Source of the DNA: Octopus sinensis
Lineage: Eukaryota
NCBI RefSeq assembly: GCF_006345805.1
Contig: NC_043006.1
Coordinates: forward strand, 96,596,001 to 96,660,000
Reading direction: 5' to 3'
DNA length: 64,000 bases
A program made the position numbers and the translations under genes. Shown piece by piece: positions 1-13,600 of this stretch. Under the pieces are notes generated by a model, which was given only the letters and a program-made list of their open reading frames with translations, was not told where the DNA came from and did no database searches. Numbering within the stretch: the stretch's first letter is position 1; each line of letters opens with the position of its first letter.

Positions 1-1749
1 CCCGTGTTCCACTTACATCGCCCTGTTCACGCCACACACACACACACCACTCAGCTTTGCCTGATTTTCATCGTTCTTATACGTTAGTGATCTGTGGATA
101 CTTGCTTGCCAACAAGATAAGGCAGAGTCCGGGTTCGGGTTCGGGTTAGAGTTGAGCGATGACCTTTGACCGAGGTCAACCAGCTGGACCGAAGCAAGAG
201 AATTTAACCATTTAACCCTTTTCACCAAAACTGATATTCCAAGTACACCTCGCCTCCTTCCCCTCTTTCCTCGCCTCCTCCTCCTCTTCCTTCGCTTCCT
301 TTGCTTGTAGACGTATGCCATTTACCATCGGTTATTCCTGCTCTTCCCGTCATCACTTCATGCATTTAAGTGTTCTTGTACTGACGACATCACATAAAAT
401 GACAAAGTACGTCACCAACCATTGTTGTCTCCCTCCTCCTCCTCTTCCTCCATTTGTTCGTAACAACAACAACAGCAACAACAATAATAATGATAATAAA
501 GATGATGATGATGATGACGATGATGGTGATGACCTCGAGGGCAATGACAACGACAATGACGGCTACGACGACGACGACGACGATGATTACGATGCTGACA
601 ATGACGATTACTTTTATTTGCTTCAACGCATCCACTGAGGCAAACCTTGCAAGGATCGAGTACAATGTTTGTGAGGGGCTTACATGAAGAGGTGAAGGAA
701 GAAATAGAAATAAAACGAATACATTGTATGCAAAATATGGACGAGGCAGTCTTCCTGCCGTGGGAGAGCCTTTCTCTAGGGCTATTCAAGAGTCCCCACA
801 AATCCAGCATCTGATCGCCAAGGACACGAACTCTCACTCCGCTGTTGTTCTCCAATCTATGAAGGTATACTTATTATAGGTCCATTCACGCAAACCAACT
901 TTTGCCATAATGGTTGGTGACAAATTTCCTCGGGAAGAATGCTCTCCTCTCCACATTGATAAATCGTTGAAGGCTTGACCGAAGAGGTAGTTGTCTGCAC
1001 ACAATTATTTCAGCCTTGTCCACCTCACCACCTCTTCTACCATAGAGCAAAACTGCTAGCACTGCTCTATTAACAAGGGACTGTAAGGTGATACCCACTC
1101 TGTTTCTAACTCTGCCCTGCTCCAGGAAAGAAATGATGTGCGTAACCCCACAAATAGTAATGCGCGGAACCTTCATGAAAGTATGGGTTCACCAATCAGC
1201 ACGCACATCAAACATACTCACCTAGTTACAATTCTGGGTCTGTAGGCTTTGTCTCGAACCAGTAGTGGCCGTCAAAAGCAATTCGAAGCTAAGGATTTAT
1301 TCATAGTAGACCTCGGGCCGAAAGTCCTCAAGAACAAACCACCTACTTCATCCTCATTTTTTGCCGAGAGTCTTGTCAAGAGAATCGCCGCTCTTACTCA
1401 TCACTATTTTTTCTATATATTGCTGAAGGGAAGCTCTAACTGACAGCAGTGTGCGACTGATTGATAAAGGATGACGAGAACATGACACATCCCGATGTCA
1501 GGCGCTCAAACCCAGATATTTTCATGACTCAGGGCTACAGCTTCATCAGAGTGACAAGCTATGGATACACGTAGGCGTACCTAATTGTGTATTACAAACG
1601 TTCATTGTTTCATGTAATCTGTGAGTGGTGCAGCCTCAGTGTGCTTCTGCGCATCAACAACCACGGTATGCCGGGTCCATCTTCTATTTCTACATTTCTA
1701 TAAATCATGGACGACGGATAGAGGGTAGAAATACCTTCGAGGTAATTTA

Positions 1750-2031
1750 TAAAGAGTAGAAGACTCTCTTCGGTCAGGAATGACTATGGGACTGCACCTA
1801 GAAAGTTACCTTCCTATGCACAAGTCTGGGCAAGGGTTTTTATGAAAGACTAGTAGTCGCCCATGCATACCAGCTTGGCAACTCATTTCTACAGTCGAGT
1901 GAGCTGGAGGAACATAAAATAAAGTGTCTTGCTCAAGAACACAACACAGCCCAATCCAGGAATCGAACCGAACTCACTACCACATGATTGTGAGCCCGAT
2001 TCTCCATCCACTCAGCCATGCACCTTCACCG
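1750..2031 (-). mobile_element. tRNA-derived SINE (family D)
   Basis: Minus strand starts GTGAAGGTGCATGGCTGAGTGGAT (A-box-like) then GGTTCGATTCC (B-box), followed by GTGTTCTTGAGCAAGACACTTTATTT, a typical post-tRNA SINE core. 3' boundary approximate. Confidence 0.65.
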
Positions 2032-2451
2032 AGATATTTTATACTCTGCTTAACTCTGACTAATGTGGAGATATATACTAGCCAATTTAAGTCCAACCAA
2101 TTGCATGGGAATATATTTCGCTGTGGAGTACTAAAAAGGCTGAAATATGTCCGTTACTTGCACTATTTGTTATTTGTCTACAAAGTTAAGGCATATTCAA
2201 CTTAGTTGTCTCCAATACTTAAAATCTATGTGTGTCCACGTGTTTTGCGCGCGCGCATGTGTTGTGCGTATTTGTAAGACCAATGACATACTCTTCGTGT
2301 CTCCTAATACTGAGTATTTACATTCTTATTCTAATCACCAAACATCACGTAAACACGTGCAGGCGTGCACTCACACATAGACGCACACGCACACACACAC
2401 ATATGTATGCGCAAGATTTGCATATTAACATGCTTGCATATGCATTTCCTC

Positions 2452-2489
<38 letters not shown>

Positions 2490-2495
2490 TGTATT

Positions 2496-2656
2496 AAGGA
2501 GTGGCTGTGTAGTAAGTAGCTTGCTTACGAACCACATAATTCTGGGTTCAGTCTCACTGCGTAGCACCTTGGGCAAGTGTCTTCTACTATAGCCTCTGGC
2601 CGACCAAAGCCTTGTGAGTGGATTTGGTAGACGGAAACTAAAATGAGCCCGTTGTT

Positions 2657-2720
<64 letters not shown>

Positions 2721-2937
2721 TGTGTATGTGTGTGTGTGTGTATGTTAGTGTGTCTCTGTTTGTCCCCCAAACATCAGTTGACAACCGATACTGGTATGTT
2801 TACGTCCCCGTAACTTAGCGCTTCGAATAAGTACTAGGCTTACAAAGAATAAGTCCTGGGGGCGATTTGCTCGACTAAAGGCGGTGCTCCAGCATGGCCA
2901 TAGTCAAATGACTGAAACAAGTAAAAGAGTAAAAGAG
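2496..2937 (+). mobile_element. tRNA-derived SINE family A, full length, with internal (TA)n(TG)n
   Basis: Head GGAGTGGCTGTGTAGTAAG...GGGTTCAGTC, tail GGTGCTCCAGCATGGCC..AGTCAAATGACTGAAACAAGTAAAAGAG. Six further homologous copies in the window. Confidence 0.9.
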
Positions 2938-3364
2938 ATTAATATATATATGTATTATGCATTAAAATATACATATATATATGCAGAAACGCATATACAT
3001 GCAGGTTAATACGCAAATCTTACCTATATATATATACATACGCTTATTTGAATACGCTATTCTATGTGCGTTTGTACATATATCTATGTTTGTATGATTC
3101 TCTGCATGTATGTATGCATGTGTGCATGTAAAATATTAGCACAGATTTACGTCTTTCAACCCAACAAAGCAATATTGTACATGATAGAAAAATGAAAAGC
3201 TGGTGAAAGGTCACCTGCTGCTGTTGCTATTTGACCTCAGATCTATATTGATGGGAACTACGGACATTTAAGCTCACTACAATCATGAATAATACTCAAA
3301 ATGAGACTTTAAACCATCACTCACCGCTAGACGAACATCGCTAGGTTATAATATGCTTGTAGTT

Positions 3365-3777
3365 AAGGCGGCGAGTTGGCAGACGTTAGCGCGCCGGGCG
3401 AAATGCTTCGCGGTATTTCGTCTGTTGTTACGTTCTGAGTTCAAATTCCGCCGAGGTCGACTTTGCCTTTCATCCTTTCGGGGTCGATAAATTAAGTACC
3501 AGTTACGCACTGGGGTCAATATAATCGACTTAATACCTATGTCTGTCCTTGTTTGTCCCCTTTGTGTTTAGCCCCTTGTGGGTAATAAAGAAATAGGTAT
3601 TTCGTCTGTCGTTACGTTCTGAGTTCAAATTCCGCCGAGGTCGACTTTGCCTTTCATCCTTTCGGGGTCGATAAATTAAGTACCAGTTTCGCACTGGGGT
3701 CGATGTAATCGAATTAATCCCTTTGTCTGTCCTTGTTTGTCCCCTCTATGTTTAGCCCATTGTGGGTAGTAAAGAAA
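3365..3777 (+). mobile_element. SINE family B, one full copy plus a tandem 5'-truncated copy
   Basis: Head AAGGCGGCGAGTTGGCAG, B-box GAGTTCAAATT, core GGTCGACTTTGCCTTTCATCCTTTCGGGGTCGATAAATTAAGTACC repeated at ~3455 and ~3640. Confidence 0.88.
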
Positions 3778-4977
3778 CATATACATATGCTTGTAGTCTC
3801 TTTCCATCTCTCTCTCTTCTCCCTCTCTCTCTCTCACTGTGTCTGGCTTAATAACTCTCTGTGACTTTCTTCCGCTGTCTTTCTGTACGTACCTGTCTGT
3901 CTGTTAACTTTCTCTTTCTCTTTCTATGTATCTTACTGATACTTCTGTAATATCTGACTCATTATCTCACTGTCTTTCTACCACGACGTCTCTACTGTCT
4001 TAGGCACCATTTTTCTATCAATCTTGCTATTAATTTCTCTCACCCTCACTATAACCCTTCTCTATATCGTCCAGTTTTGTCTTTAAAGCTCTCTACATTC
4101 ACGACATTCTCTTTCTCTCCCCTCTACGTCTTTGCATTTTAGCTTCATCACTTGCTGTCTGGTCATATCTCTATCTCTCTATCTACAACGAAACATCGTT
4201 GTTTGAGTCTTTTACTATCTCTTGTCTCTCCCCTTCTCTCCTCTCCCTTTCCCTACTCACAAACTCGGTCGATCTTTTTGTCTTTCTCTATCAATCTGCT
4301 TCTATAACTAACAATTACGCTCTCTTTCTTTATCTACTTTACACATCTATCAACCACCAAAGTATTAATGTTACAGTTATACAAGCTGCTACTACTGGTG
4401 GTGGTGCTGCTGCTGCTGCTTGTGATGGTGGTAGTGGTGATGATGATAATGATGATGATGATAATGATGATGATGATGATGATGATGAGCAGTACGGGCT
4501 GGTAGTGGTGATAGTGGTCAGGGGGTGGATATGCAGATGGATGAGAAAAAGGGAGAAAACTGATGTGTAATGATAGACCGAAGATGATTTTGATGAATAT
4601 GCCGTGTGCATGGAGATGATGGTTATATAGTGTTGTAGATGCTGAGATTATTTGAATATATATAAATGACAAGGAGCCGAAGAATCCTGCTGCCATATGG
4701 ATGGCCATCCAGCAACAACCCTCTCCAGCGAAGCATTGAACACAGTACAGTCTAAGCGAGATTTGTTGTGTTAAGACGAAGAACGTCGACAGATCGCCTG
4801 ACGCAGTGTTTCGGCTTTGCTCTCTTCAATGAGGAATACTCTTAGCTCAGCCGAAAAAGCTCGTTCGGGTATAAAAATTGATAAACAAATGTTTACTAGT
4901 TTGTACAAAGGTTACCCAGGCTAGAATTAAATTAATATACTTACATGAAAGAGCACTAGATAAAAGTACCGGTATAT

Positions 4978-5373
4978 TCTTTTATTCTTTTACTTGTTTC
5001 AGTCATTTGACTGCGGTCATGCTGGAGCACCGCCTTTAATCGAGCAAATCGACCCCGGGACTTATTCTTTTGTAAGCCCAGTACTTATTCTATCGGTCTC
5101 TTTTGCCGAACCTCTAAGTAACGGGGACGTAAACACACTAGCATCGGTTGTCAAGCAATGCTAGGGGGACAAACACACACACGCATATATATATATATAT
5201 ACATATATACGACGGGCTTCTTTCAGTTTTCGTCTACCAAATCCACTCACAAGGCTTTGGTCGGCCCGAGGCTATAGTAGAAGACACTTGCCCAAGGTGC
5301 CACGCAGTGGGACTGAACCCGGAACCATGTGGCTGGTAAACAAGCTACTTACCACACAGCCACTCCTACGCCT
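4978..5373 (-). mobile_element. SINE family A, full length
   Basis: Reverse-complement homologue of 2496-2937. Confidence 0.9.
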
Positions 5374-5940
5374 AACATTTATAATGTGATACCATTTAAC
5401 TTTGTTGTATTACTGGTATCTATTTTTATTGGATATGGAAGAAGAGATTGAGAGAGATAGTAAAATAAAAGATATTAATTAAGAGAGGGATTAATGGAAT
5501 GAAAAATGTAGAGAAGAGACAATACGGAACGTGCTAGGGAGAGGAGGGAGAGAGTAAGGGAGAGGGGAGTAAAAGAGAGGGAGAGAGATAGAAAGAAAAA
5601 GGGAGAGGAGACGGAGATACAGAGATTTAATCTGAGAAAAGGAAGGAGTAGTATGTTAAATAATATGATAGATTTAGACTAATATTCTGGCGTTTCTACT
5701 TCGCAGGGTCACAGTGACGAACGCATACACGCCTGTATCTGTTTCCGATTTCGTCCTGAAGGCATGCTAGAAGTTGAAGATGGCTCGTTTTAGTAAACCG
5801 TTGCCTCTCAGCCAGGTGTCTTTATTTTTCTCTTTTTCTAATGGAATAACCAGAATAAGAGGAGACACGTGAGATAGAGAGTCGCTGATGAGGTCACAGG
5901 TGTGTGACGAAAGAAACTAAATAATAATAATAATAATAAT

Positions 5941-6046
5941 CGTTTCTATTATCGGCACAAGGTCTGTAGTTTTGCGGGAGAGGACTAGTCGATTATAACG
6001 ACCGCAGAACGTAGCGACGGACGAAATACCGCTGGCTCAACGCTTT
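5941..6046 (-). mobile_element. SINE family B fragment flanked by (AAT)n
   Basis: Degenerate reverse-complement match to the family B tail and head; (AAT)n on both sides (5921-5940, 6047-6155). Confidence 0.55.
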
Positions 6047-6047
6047 G

Positions 6048-6155
<108 letters not shown>

Positions 6156-6315
6156 GAATTGAAGAGAAGACGTGTGTTTAATTGTTAAAGTATGATCATC
6201 CCCAAGTATAAGAATATCTGTTTCAACACACAATTCCAGCATATCAGGAGTCTTGCAAAACGTATATATATAACATACTCACACAAAAACACACAAAACA
6301 CGCAATATATATAAT

Positions 6316-6384
<69 letters not shown>

Positions 6385-6395
6385 TATATATATGT

Positions 6396-6762
6396 AGGCC
6401 CGGGTTGATTCGGGGTTACCACAGTAAATAAGGTACTCAATACATAGCAGAGTAAAATTAATTTATTATATAGAAGGAGCTTCTACAGGACTAGAACTGT
6501 TTCATTCAAGAGAAATCTTCAGGAAGCTAGTTAACAAGAATTGTATTGGCATTTATACATTTAGGCAGGTTTAAAGGGGTGTTGGTGGGGGACTTTTTGG
6601 GGGTTGGCATAGCGCAAAATATCATACTTGGGGGAGTGGTCAAGGAGTCAGTGTTAAATTAGATAGAAGAATAAATAAAAAAATAAAAAAATTAAAAAAT
6701 CTATATATAAAAAAAGGGGAATAGAGTTTTAGGTAAATAAGGAGATTCTCACTTATACCTAT
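6396..6762 (-). mobile_element. ORF-less module between (TA)n and (CA/TA)n, probable solo PLE pseudo-LTR
   Basis: Carries a hammerhead motif. Its C-rich segment resembles in composition the 3' UTR of the PLE at 9.7 kb. Confidence 0.55.
6478..6528 (-). ncRNA. Type I hammerhead ribozyme motif
   Basis: AGCTTC-CTGAAGA-T TTC TCTT GAA T-GAA-ACAG TTCTAGTC CTGT-A^-GAAGCT: 6-bp stem I, 3-bp stem II with U.U at 10.1/11.1, 4-bp stem III, GUA cleavage site. Confidence 0.8.
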
Positions 6763-7021
6763 GCACACATGTATACATACATACACACACATACAAACAT
6801 ATATACATATACATACACACATACATACACACACATATATATACATATATATACACTTACACATACATATACGCACAGAAAAATATATATACACATACAC
6901 ACACATACTCACATACACGCATACACAGACATATCCACACACACACATGCACACACAGCACACTAGTCCCTATACACACATATATACACACACACACACA
7001 TACACACACATACATACATAT

Positions 7022-7063
<42 letters not shown>

Positions 7064-7469
7064 GTGTACTTATGCATACCTACACATACACACATATATA
7101 TACACATACAAATACAGACCCATTCCCTAATTTTAATTTTATTATCTTCGTTTATTACTTTTGTTATCTTTGGCCGCTTGGTCACAAACATCTTGGCTAT
7201 GACAGCCAGTCCATTTATCTGTCTACTGGAAAACAAGCGCTCTTCACTCACGCACACTCTTTAGTACGTACACTCACTCATTCGTACACTCATACACATA
7301 CACGCACGCACGCGTTATATTCATACATACATACATCTACATACATTCACGTATATACACATACGTACGCGTACCTACAGATTCATGTCTGCACTCTTAG
7401 AAGGCTAGTCTATATATATACACCAATAAATATAAATACACACACATACATATACACCTACATACAAAT

Positions 7470-7501
<32 letters not shown>

Positions 7502-7516
7502 TCACATATATATACC

Positions 7517-7547
<31 letters not shown>

Positions 7548-7701
7548 TACGCATACACACACATATACACATATATACACACATACACATAGATACATAT
7601 ACACACATACACATACATACGTATACATACATACATACATCCATACATCCATACATACATACATTTATACACATACACACACCCACATACATACATATAT
7701 A

Positions 7702-7751
<50 letters not shown>

Positions 7752-8140
7752 TACACACACATACATATACATACATACATATACAAATATACGCACACAC
7801 ATACATACATACTCATATACTCATACACGCACATACACATGTACATGCGTACCCATACACACACACACGCGCGCATCCATATATACACATAAGTACACAC
7901 ATGCGTAAAAAGTATACATATATCTATGCTTACACATACCACACACACACACGCGCCTCCTTATATTCATACTTACATGCATACTCAAAAAATAAGTAAA
8001 TAGTAAAAATATTATACGCGCAGTTATTCGTACATGCATACTCAAAAAATAAATAATAAATATTAAGTATATGTACGTGCAGTTACTATTATATAGACGG
8101 ATACATACATATATAAACTTACACACACATATAATATATA

Positions 8141-8187
<47 letters not shown>

Positions 8188-9125
8188 TATATAATATACA
8201 TACATATATACACATATATACACATACACATATACATACATATATATATATATACACACACACACATACACATATATATATATATATATATACATAAACA
8301 CATGTACATATAAATACACACATAGATAACTCTACGTACCTACATATACATAAACACACGAGCGTACGCGTATATGTACATATACACATACACATACACA
8401 CGCATATATATACATACATACATACACATACACACATGTGTATACACACACACACACATACACATATATATACATACACATATATATACATATATATATA
8501 TATATATACATATATATATACATATATATATACATATACACATACACACACATATATATACATGTGTGCAAACATACATACATTCTCATACAAGCACACA
8601 CACTTACATTTACATATATACACACACTTACACACATATATATATATATATATACATACATACATACACATACACATACCCATACATATATATACACACA
8701 TATATATACACATGCACATACTTATATCTCTACATACTCGCATATACATATATATATATATATATATATATTAAGGTATGTAGAAAAATACAACATGGAC
8801 AAGAACGTATAACTCTTAGAAGACGATACAATAAACATGGACAGGACATTCGAACCCCTCAGTCTTCAGTCAAGAACCGGATCATCGTAGTAATTTACAC
8901 ACACATACATATACCTATATACACGTATATATACACATACATATATATACACATCTACAATTTGTATCTACACTCACATACCTGCACATACACATAACTC
9001 TACATACCTACATATACATCGACATAAATATATACATATATAATACACATATACAACACACATACATATATGTATATATATATATAATATATATATATAT
9101 TATATATATATATACACACACACAC

Positions 9126-9173
<48 letters not shown>

Positions 9174-9240
9174 CATACATATACACATATACATACATGT
9201 ACATATACACATACACACACATATATATACACACACATAC
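6763..9240. repeat. Compound (CA)n/(TA)n/(CATA)n microsatellite field with small repeat islands (7105-7250, 8771-8895)
   Basis: Directly visible; explains the H/T/Y/I and C/V/M ORFs. Confidence 0.95.
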
Positions 9241-9542
9241 ATATATCAACAATTGAGGGTAAAGTTAATTAGTTATTAATCAATTTCACCAAGTAGTCAG
9301 TATGTAAAAGGACCATTATTTTTATGAGTAAACAATGTCTGAGGGAAAATATTCTCTAAGTAGTGGAAGAGGCTAAAAAACTTTTTTGGCTGCTATTTCT
9401 AGAAAGTTCAGTATGTGGCAAAGTAATTTATTTTACTAAGCCCTAATTATATATTTTATACATACATACACATACATACACACATACATATACACATACA
9501 TATGCATACACACATATATACATATATACATACATACATCTA

Positions 9543-9575
<33 letters not shown>

Positions 9576-9719
9576 GCACATACATATATATATATATATT
9601 TTTTTTTTACATACATACACGCACACACACACATAATACATGCGTATATTCCTACTATACCCATACATTTCTATACATATATACGATACACATATACAAG
9701 CGTGCACATACAATATGTG

Positions 9720-10606
9720 AAAGGTCTTAGGAGAAAAGGCAATCGGCGGTGCTAGGGGAACGGTGGGATTGGGGGGGTTTTTGGCGGGGTTTTGTGGGTG
9801 GGGTGTCATCAATCTGGTTGCCGGGTAGGTCTATAGTTCTTGTAGTTCGCATACTTCTTATGCATACAATTTGGGGAGTGTTCTGAGATTTTGTTAAGGA
9901 GAGGGCCTTTGGCGAACAAGATCTCTAGGCTCTCCGATATGCAGAGGTCACAGCAGGTATGGCCTCCTGTGTACGAGCGCGCCTTCTGTAGTAGTTTCCA
10001 CTTGGTCTTGAAGGGGATGGAGTTCCTTTTAAGGTACCAGATGTGGGCGGCGAGGGTAGTTTGGTTGGATTTATCCTGTCGCCGGAACGAGTGTGTGTGT
10101 GCGTACCAACGGTCTTAAAGCTGTTTGACGTCATTCCGATGTAATATTTTCTTTTATCGTCAGGCCTGATCTTACCTCGCATGTATATACTAGGTCCCTC
10201 TGTAGGCAGTTGTTGTTGAGGGGGCAGGTGGTTTTATCAGGGCGGTTGCAATTGCTATCGGACGTTGGATGGGCCTCGGAAAAAGTAGATATGTTAAGTT
10301 TTTCACATTGTTGTTGGCTAGGTTCCTGGCTAGATTGGGCGTGGTAGAGTAGGAGAGTCTAATAGTGTTCTTATTTAGGATAGTGTAGTACTTATGTTGG
10401 GTGGGGAAGTGTTTCTGTAGGAGAGTGAAGAAGATTTTAGCTACAGGTGTAGCGACCTCACGGTTGAAGGGGGGGGGTTGTACCAGCTAATGTGTCTTCG
10501 TCTATTTTTCCTGGGTTGGCGTGGGGCTATACTAGTATAGGTAATCTTATCTTTGAAGCCACTGCGGGCCAGGGCCTCGTTGTAATAGGGGGCTGCGGCC
10601 TTAAAG
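9720..10606 (-). mobile_element. 5'-truncated Penelope-like element (Naiad-like), linker plus C-terminal GIY-YIG endonuclease and 3' UTR
   Basis: Joined frames read AAPYYNEALARSGF...RRHISWYNPPFN...KHFPTQHKYYTILNKNTIRLSYS...CNRPDKTTCPLNNNCLQRDLVY...KYYIGMTSNSFKTRWYAH...CDLCISE...LLNKISE...CMH; stop codon at 9809-9811. About four single-base frameshifts and no internal stop. Clade call is from motif recall. Confidence 0.9.
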
Positions 10607-10637
<31 letters not shown>

Positions 10638-11084
10638 TATTTATATATGTATCGATATATATATATCTGTATATATATACATACGCATAGAAATATATAG
10701 TTATACATATATGTATATATATTTTTTGTGTATGTGTGTGTATGTGAGTGTGTGCGTGTGTGCGTGTGTCTATGTGTGTGTATAAAAATTATTAAAGTTC
10801 GTTTTTATGTTCAGTTATAATAAATACAACTTTACATTAACCTGGTGGGTAACTCTAATTTTGTAGAGTACAAGTTTATTATTCTTACACAAGAATGTTG
10901 TTGACAGTGACAGCGAAGTTTTGGACAATGTGTAAGAAGAATAAATATATATATATATATACATACATATATATGACCCCTCACTCATACTATTATCGAA
11001 CCGGAAGTCTAACTCCGGTCCTTCCGTAGCACTTACGTAGTCTTACCCGCCATTTTGGGTCTTCTGGATACCAAAACGTCTTTA

Positions 11085-11258
11085 TATATATATATAGGGA
11101 GAGTTTACGAAAAAAGCAAAAGACGAAGACAGGTGGTGTACAAAACAAACAGATGTATTAGTATAACGCCTAGGAATAGAAAAAGTCTTTTACGTTTCGA
11201 GCCTACGCTCTTCTATAGAAAGGGACACAGAAAAACAAGGAGAGAAACAAGGAGAGAA

Positions 11259-11260
<2 letters not shown>
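11085..11260 (-). mobile_element. (TA)n-bounded short repeat with HHR-like motif, homologous to 54869-54995
   Basis: About 110 bp shared in opposite orientation, including GAAGAGCGTAGGCTCGAAACGTAAAAGAC. Confidence 0.75.
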
Positions 11261-11298
<38 letters not shown>

Positions 11299-11310
11299 CC
11301 TTGTTTCTCT

Positions 11311-11381
<71 letters not shown>

Positions 11382-11674
11382 AGAAAAAAGCAACAAGAAT
11401 GGATTAGTTTTTCAGTACAATTGTTTCATACGAAGACCAGCTTTATTAAAAACTGCAAATATTGCAGCAAATACAAGTGTCCCGTACTCATCAGCCAAAA
11501 CACATATGAGTTCTCCAAGCATCCTAGGGGGTGAGGCTACACTCATGAAGTATCGAAGATAGTTCTATAAAAAGCAAATTTAGATGGTAAGCAGACTTCC
11601 AAAGTTCTCTGATGATGCACTCTTATAACAGGCTTTAAAAAAGCTTATATAAAAAGCCTAATTGCTTTTACTGA

Positions 11675-11775
<101 letters not shown>

Positions 11776-11869
11776 TATATATATGCATATAATATATAAT
11801 ATAATATATATATATTATATAGATATTATATTATATATATATATAAAATAAATATCATATATATAAATA

Positions 11870-11916
<47 letters not shown>

Positions 11917-12715
11917 AATATATAATATATATACATACACGCACAAGTGTATTACATAGGAAGCCATAATGCCCTATAAATTCTCGTCCGACATAAATGT
12001 TGTCTAAACAGTTTGACTTAATCGACCTCCATGTTTCATTGTGAGCTTGAGACGTCTAATTGTCTAAATATTTTGGTGGATCTAAAATCTCTCGCTTTTG
12101 CCTTGCTCTTCTCGTCCTCTTCAAGTCATTCTCTCTCTCCCTTTTCTCAACCTCTCCCTCTTGTGTTTTCATTGCAATCACTGCTTCTTCGCATGTTGGT
12201 AGTATGTGTGTGTGTATGTGTGTGTGTATGTGTGTGTGTATGTGTGTGTATGTGTGTGTGTGTGTGTGTACATACATGTGCGTTTGTCAGTATCGTGCAT
12301 GCACTATTTATGTATTCATACATTCTATGTGTGCATCTTTCTCTCACTTTGATGCTTCCCTCATCGCCTTAATGCAAGAATCAAAGAACAAGGGTGAAGA
12401 TGTTTATCATATGATACCATATGCCGCAAATATCAGAATTTCGCACTCTTCAACTCCACCTCACTTATTTTCCTTACATTAACTCACCTTCCCTTCTTTT
12501 CCCTCTCCTTTAACATATTTCGTATTACATTTCTGATATATCTCTCTTTTTCTGTTGTTATTAATATTGCTTTCGTTTCGTTTACTTTTTATTCTCTTCT
12601 TCCCTCACATCGTTTCCATCATCGTCATATCCACCATGTTTTCTTGTTTGTTATATATTTTATCTCGTATTGGTCTCCAATCTCCCCCTTCTCTCTCTCT
12701 CTCTCTGTCTCTGTC

Positions 12716-12759
<44 letters not shown>

Positions 12760-13248
12760 TCTGTCTGTCATGTCCCTTCTTTCTTTCGTTCTCTTCTCAA
12801 TTACATTGATAACATTGCCGCTATTAGCCTTACAACTGTGAATCTTCAGTTTTATGGCTTTCCAGTCATTTGACCAAAGCCTATGAAAGATGTCCTCCAC
12901 ATAACAGTTGGCCCGGTCAGGTCTATTTTTCACTCCCAAAGCTGTCAGTTTGTGAGAGCAACGTTGCTAAAGGGAGATAATTTCGATACATATGTAGCCT
13001 AATCGTTGAAAAGATCATAACCTCAACCAGCACACTTCTAACTTTAACACAAACATCACCAAAGCATTCCCAACTACTATCATCGCTGTCACCCCGCTAA
13101 CACCATTAACAACAGCCCAAACACCATCACAGCTATTAAGGTTTACATCATAACTATCACATCTGCTACCATCACTACTACTATGACTACCATTGCCGGC
13201 GGCTACTATGTCTCAGATATAACTACATACATAAACTAATCATTTATT

Positions 13249-13600
13249 AAGGCTGCGAGCTGGCAGAATCGTTATGAACGCCGGGCAAAATGCTTCGCGG
13301 CATTTCGTCCGTCTTTACGTTCTGAGTTCAAATTCCGCTGGGGTCGACTTTGCCTTTCATCCTTTCGGTTCGGGGTCGATTAAATAAGTACAAGTTACGC
13401 ACTGGGGTCGCTGTAATCGACCTAATCCCTCTCCCAGATTCGAGGACTTATGCCTTTAGGAGAAAGGATTATTGTTATCATTAAGTAAGCGTGTAGGCAG
13501 AATCATTAGCACGCCACATAAAATGCTTAGCGGCATTTCGTTCGTCTGTTCAGTTCAAATTCCACCGTGGCTGACTTTGACTTTCAACCTTTCGGGTTAA
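13249..13600 (+). mobile_element. SINE family B, two tandem copies
   Basis: Heads at ~13249 and ~13490; core CCTTTCATCCTTTCGG in the first, degenerate core in the second. Confidence 0.8.

Noticed and set aside
130-150. GGGTTCGGGTTCGGGTTAG as a telomere remnant
   Set aside because: Only three variant units; insufficient.
17-182. Minus-strand exon ending at GTAAGT (11-16)
   Set aside because: Open frame includes a (GT)n run and matches nothing recognisable; the plus strand gives equally plausible short frames.
634-1700. MGSPIS (~1183) as a PLE RT motif; region as a retroelement
   Set aside because: Flanking residues do not match RT motifs; left unassigned.
5885-5915. CTGATGA-GGTCAC..GTGAC-GAAA as a hammerhead
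   Set aside because: Stem II is plausible but no stem I or stem III/NUH can be formed.
6640-9242. Many Y/I/H/T and C/V/M ORFs (also poly-I/L/Y at 29.3-30.3 kb and poly-V/T at 46.5-49.5 and 56.7-57.5 kb)
   Set aside because: Microsatellite translations with no domain content or supported splice context.
9770-9811. Possible SECIS after the PLE TGA (ATGA-12 nt-AA)
   Set aside because: Downstream sequence is C-rich and cannot pair to form the SECIS helix or the GA quartet.
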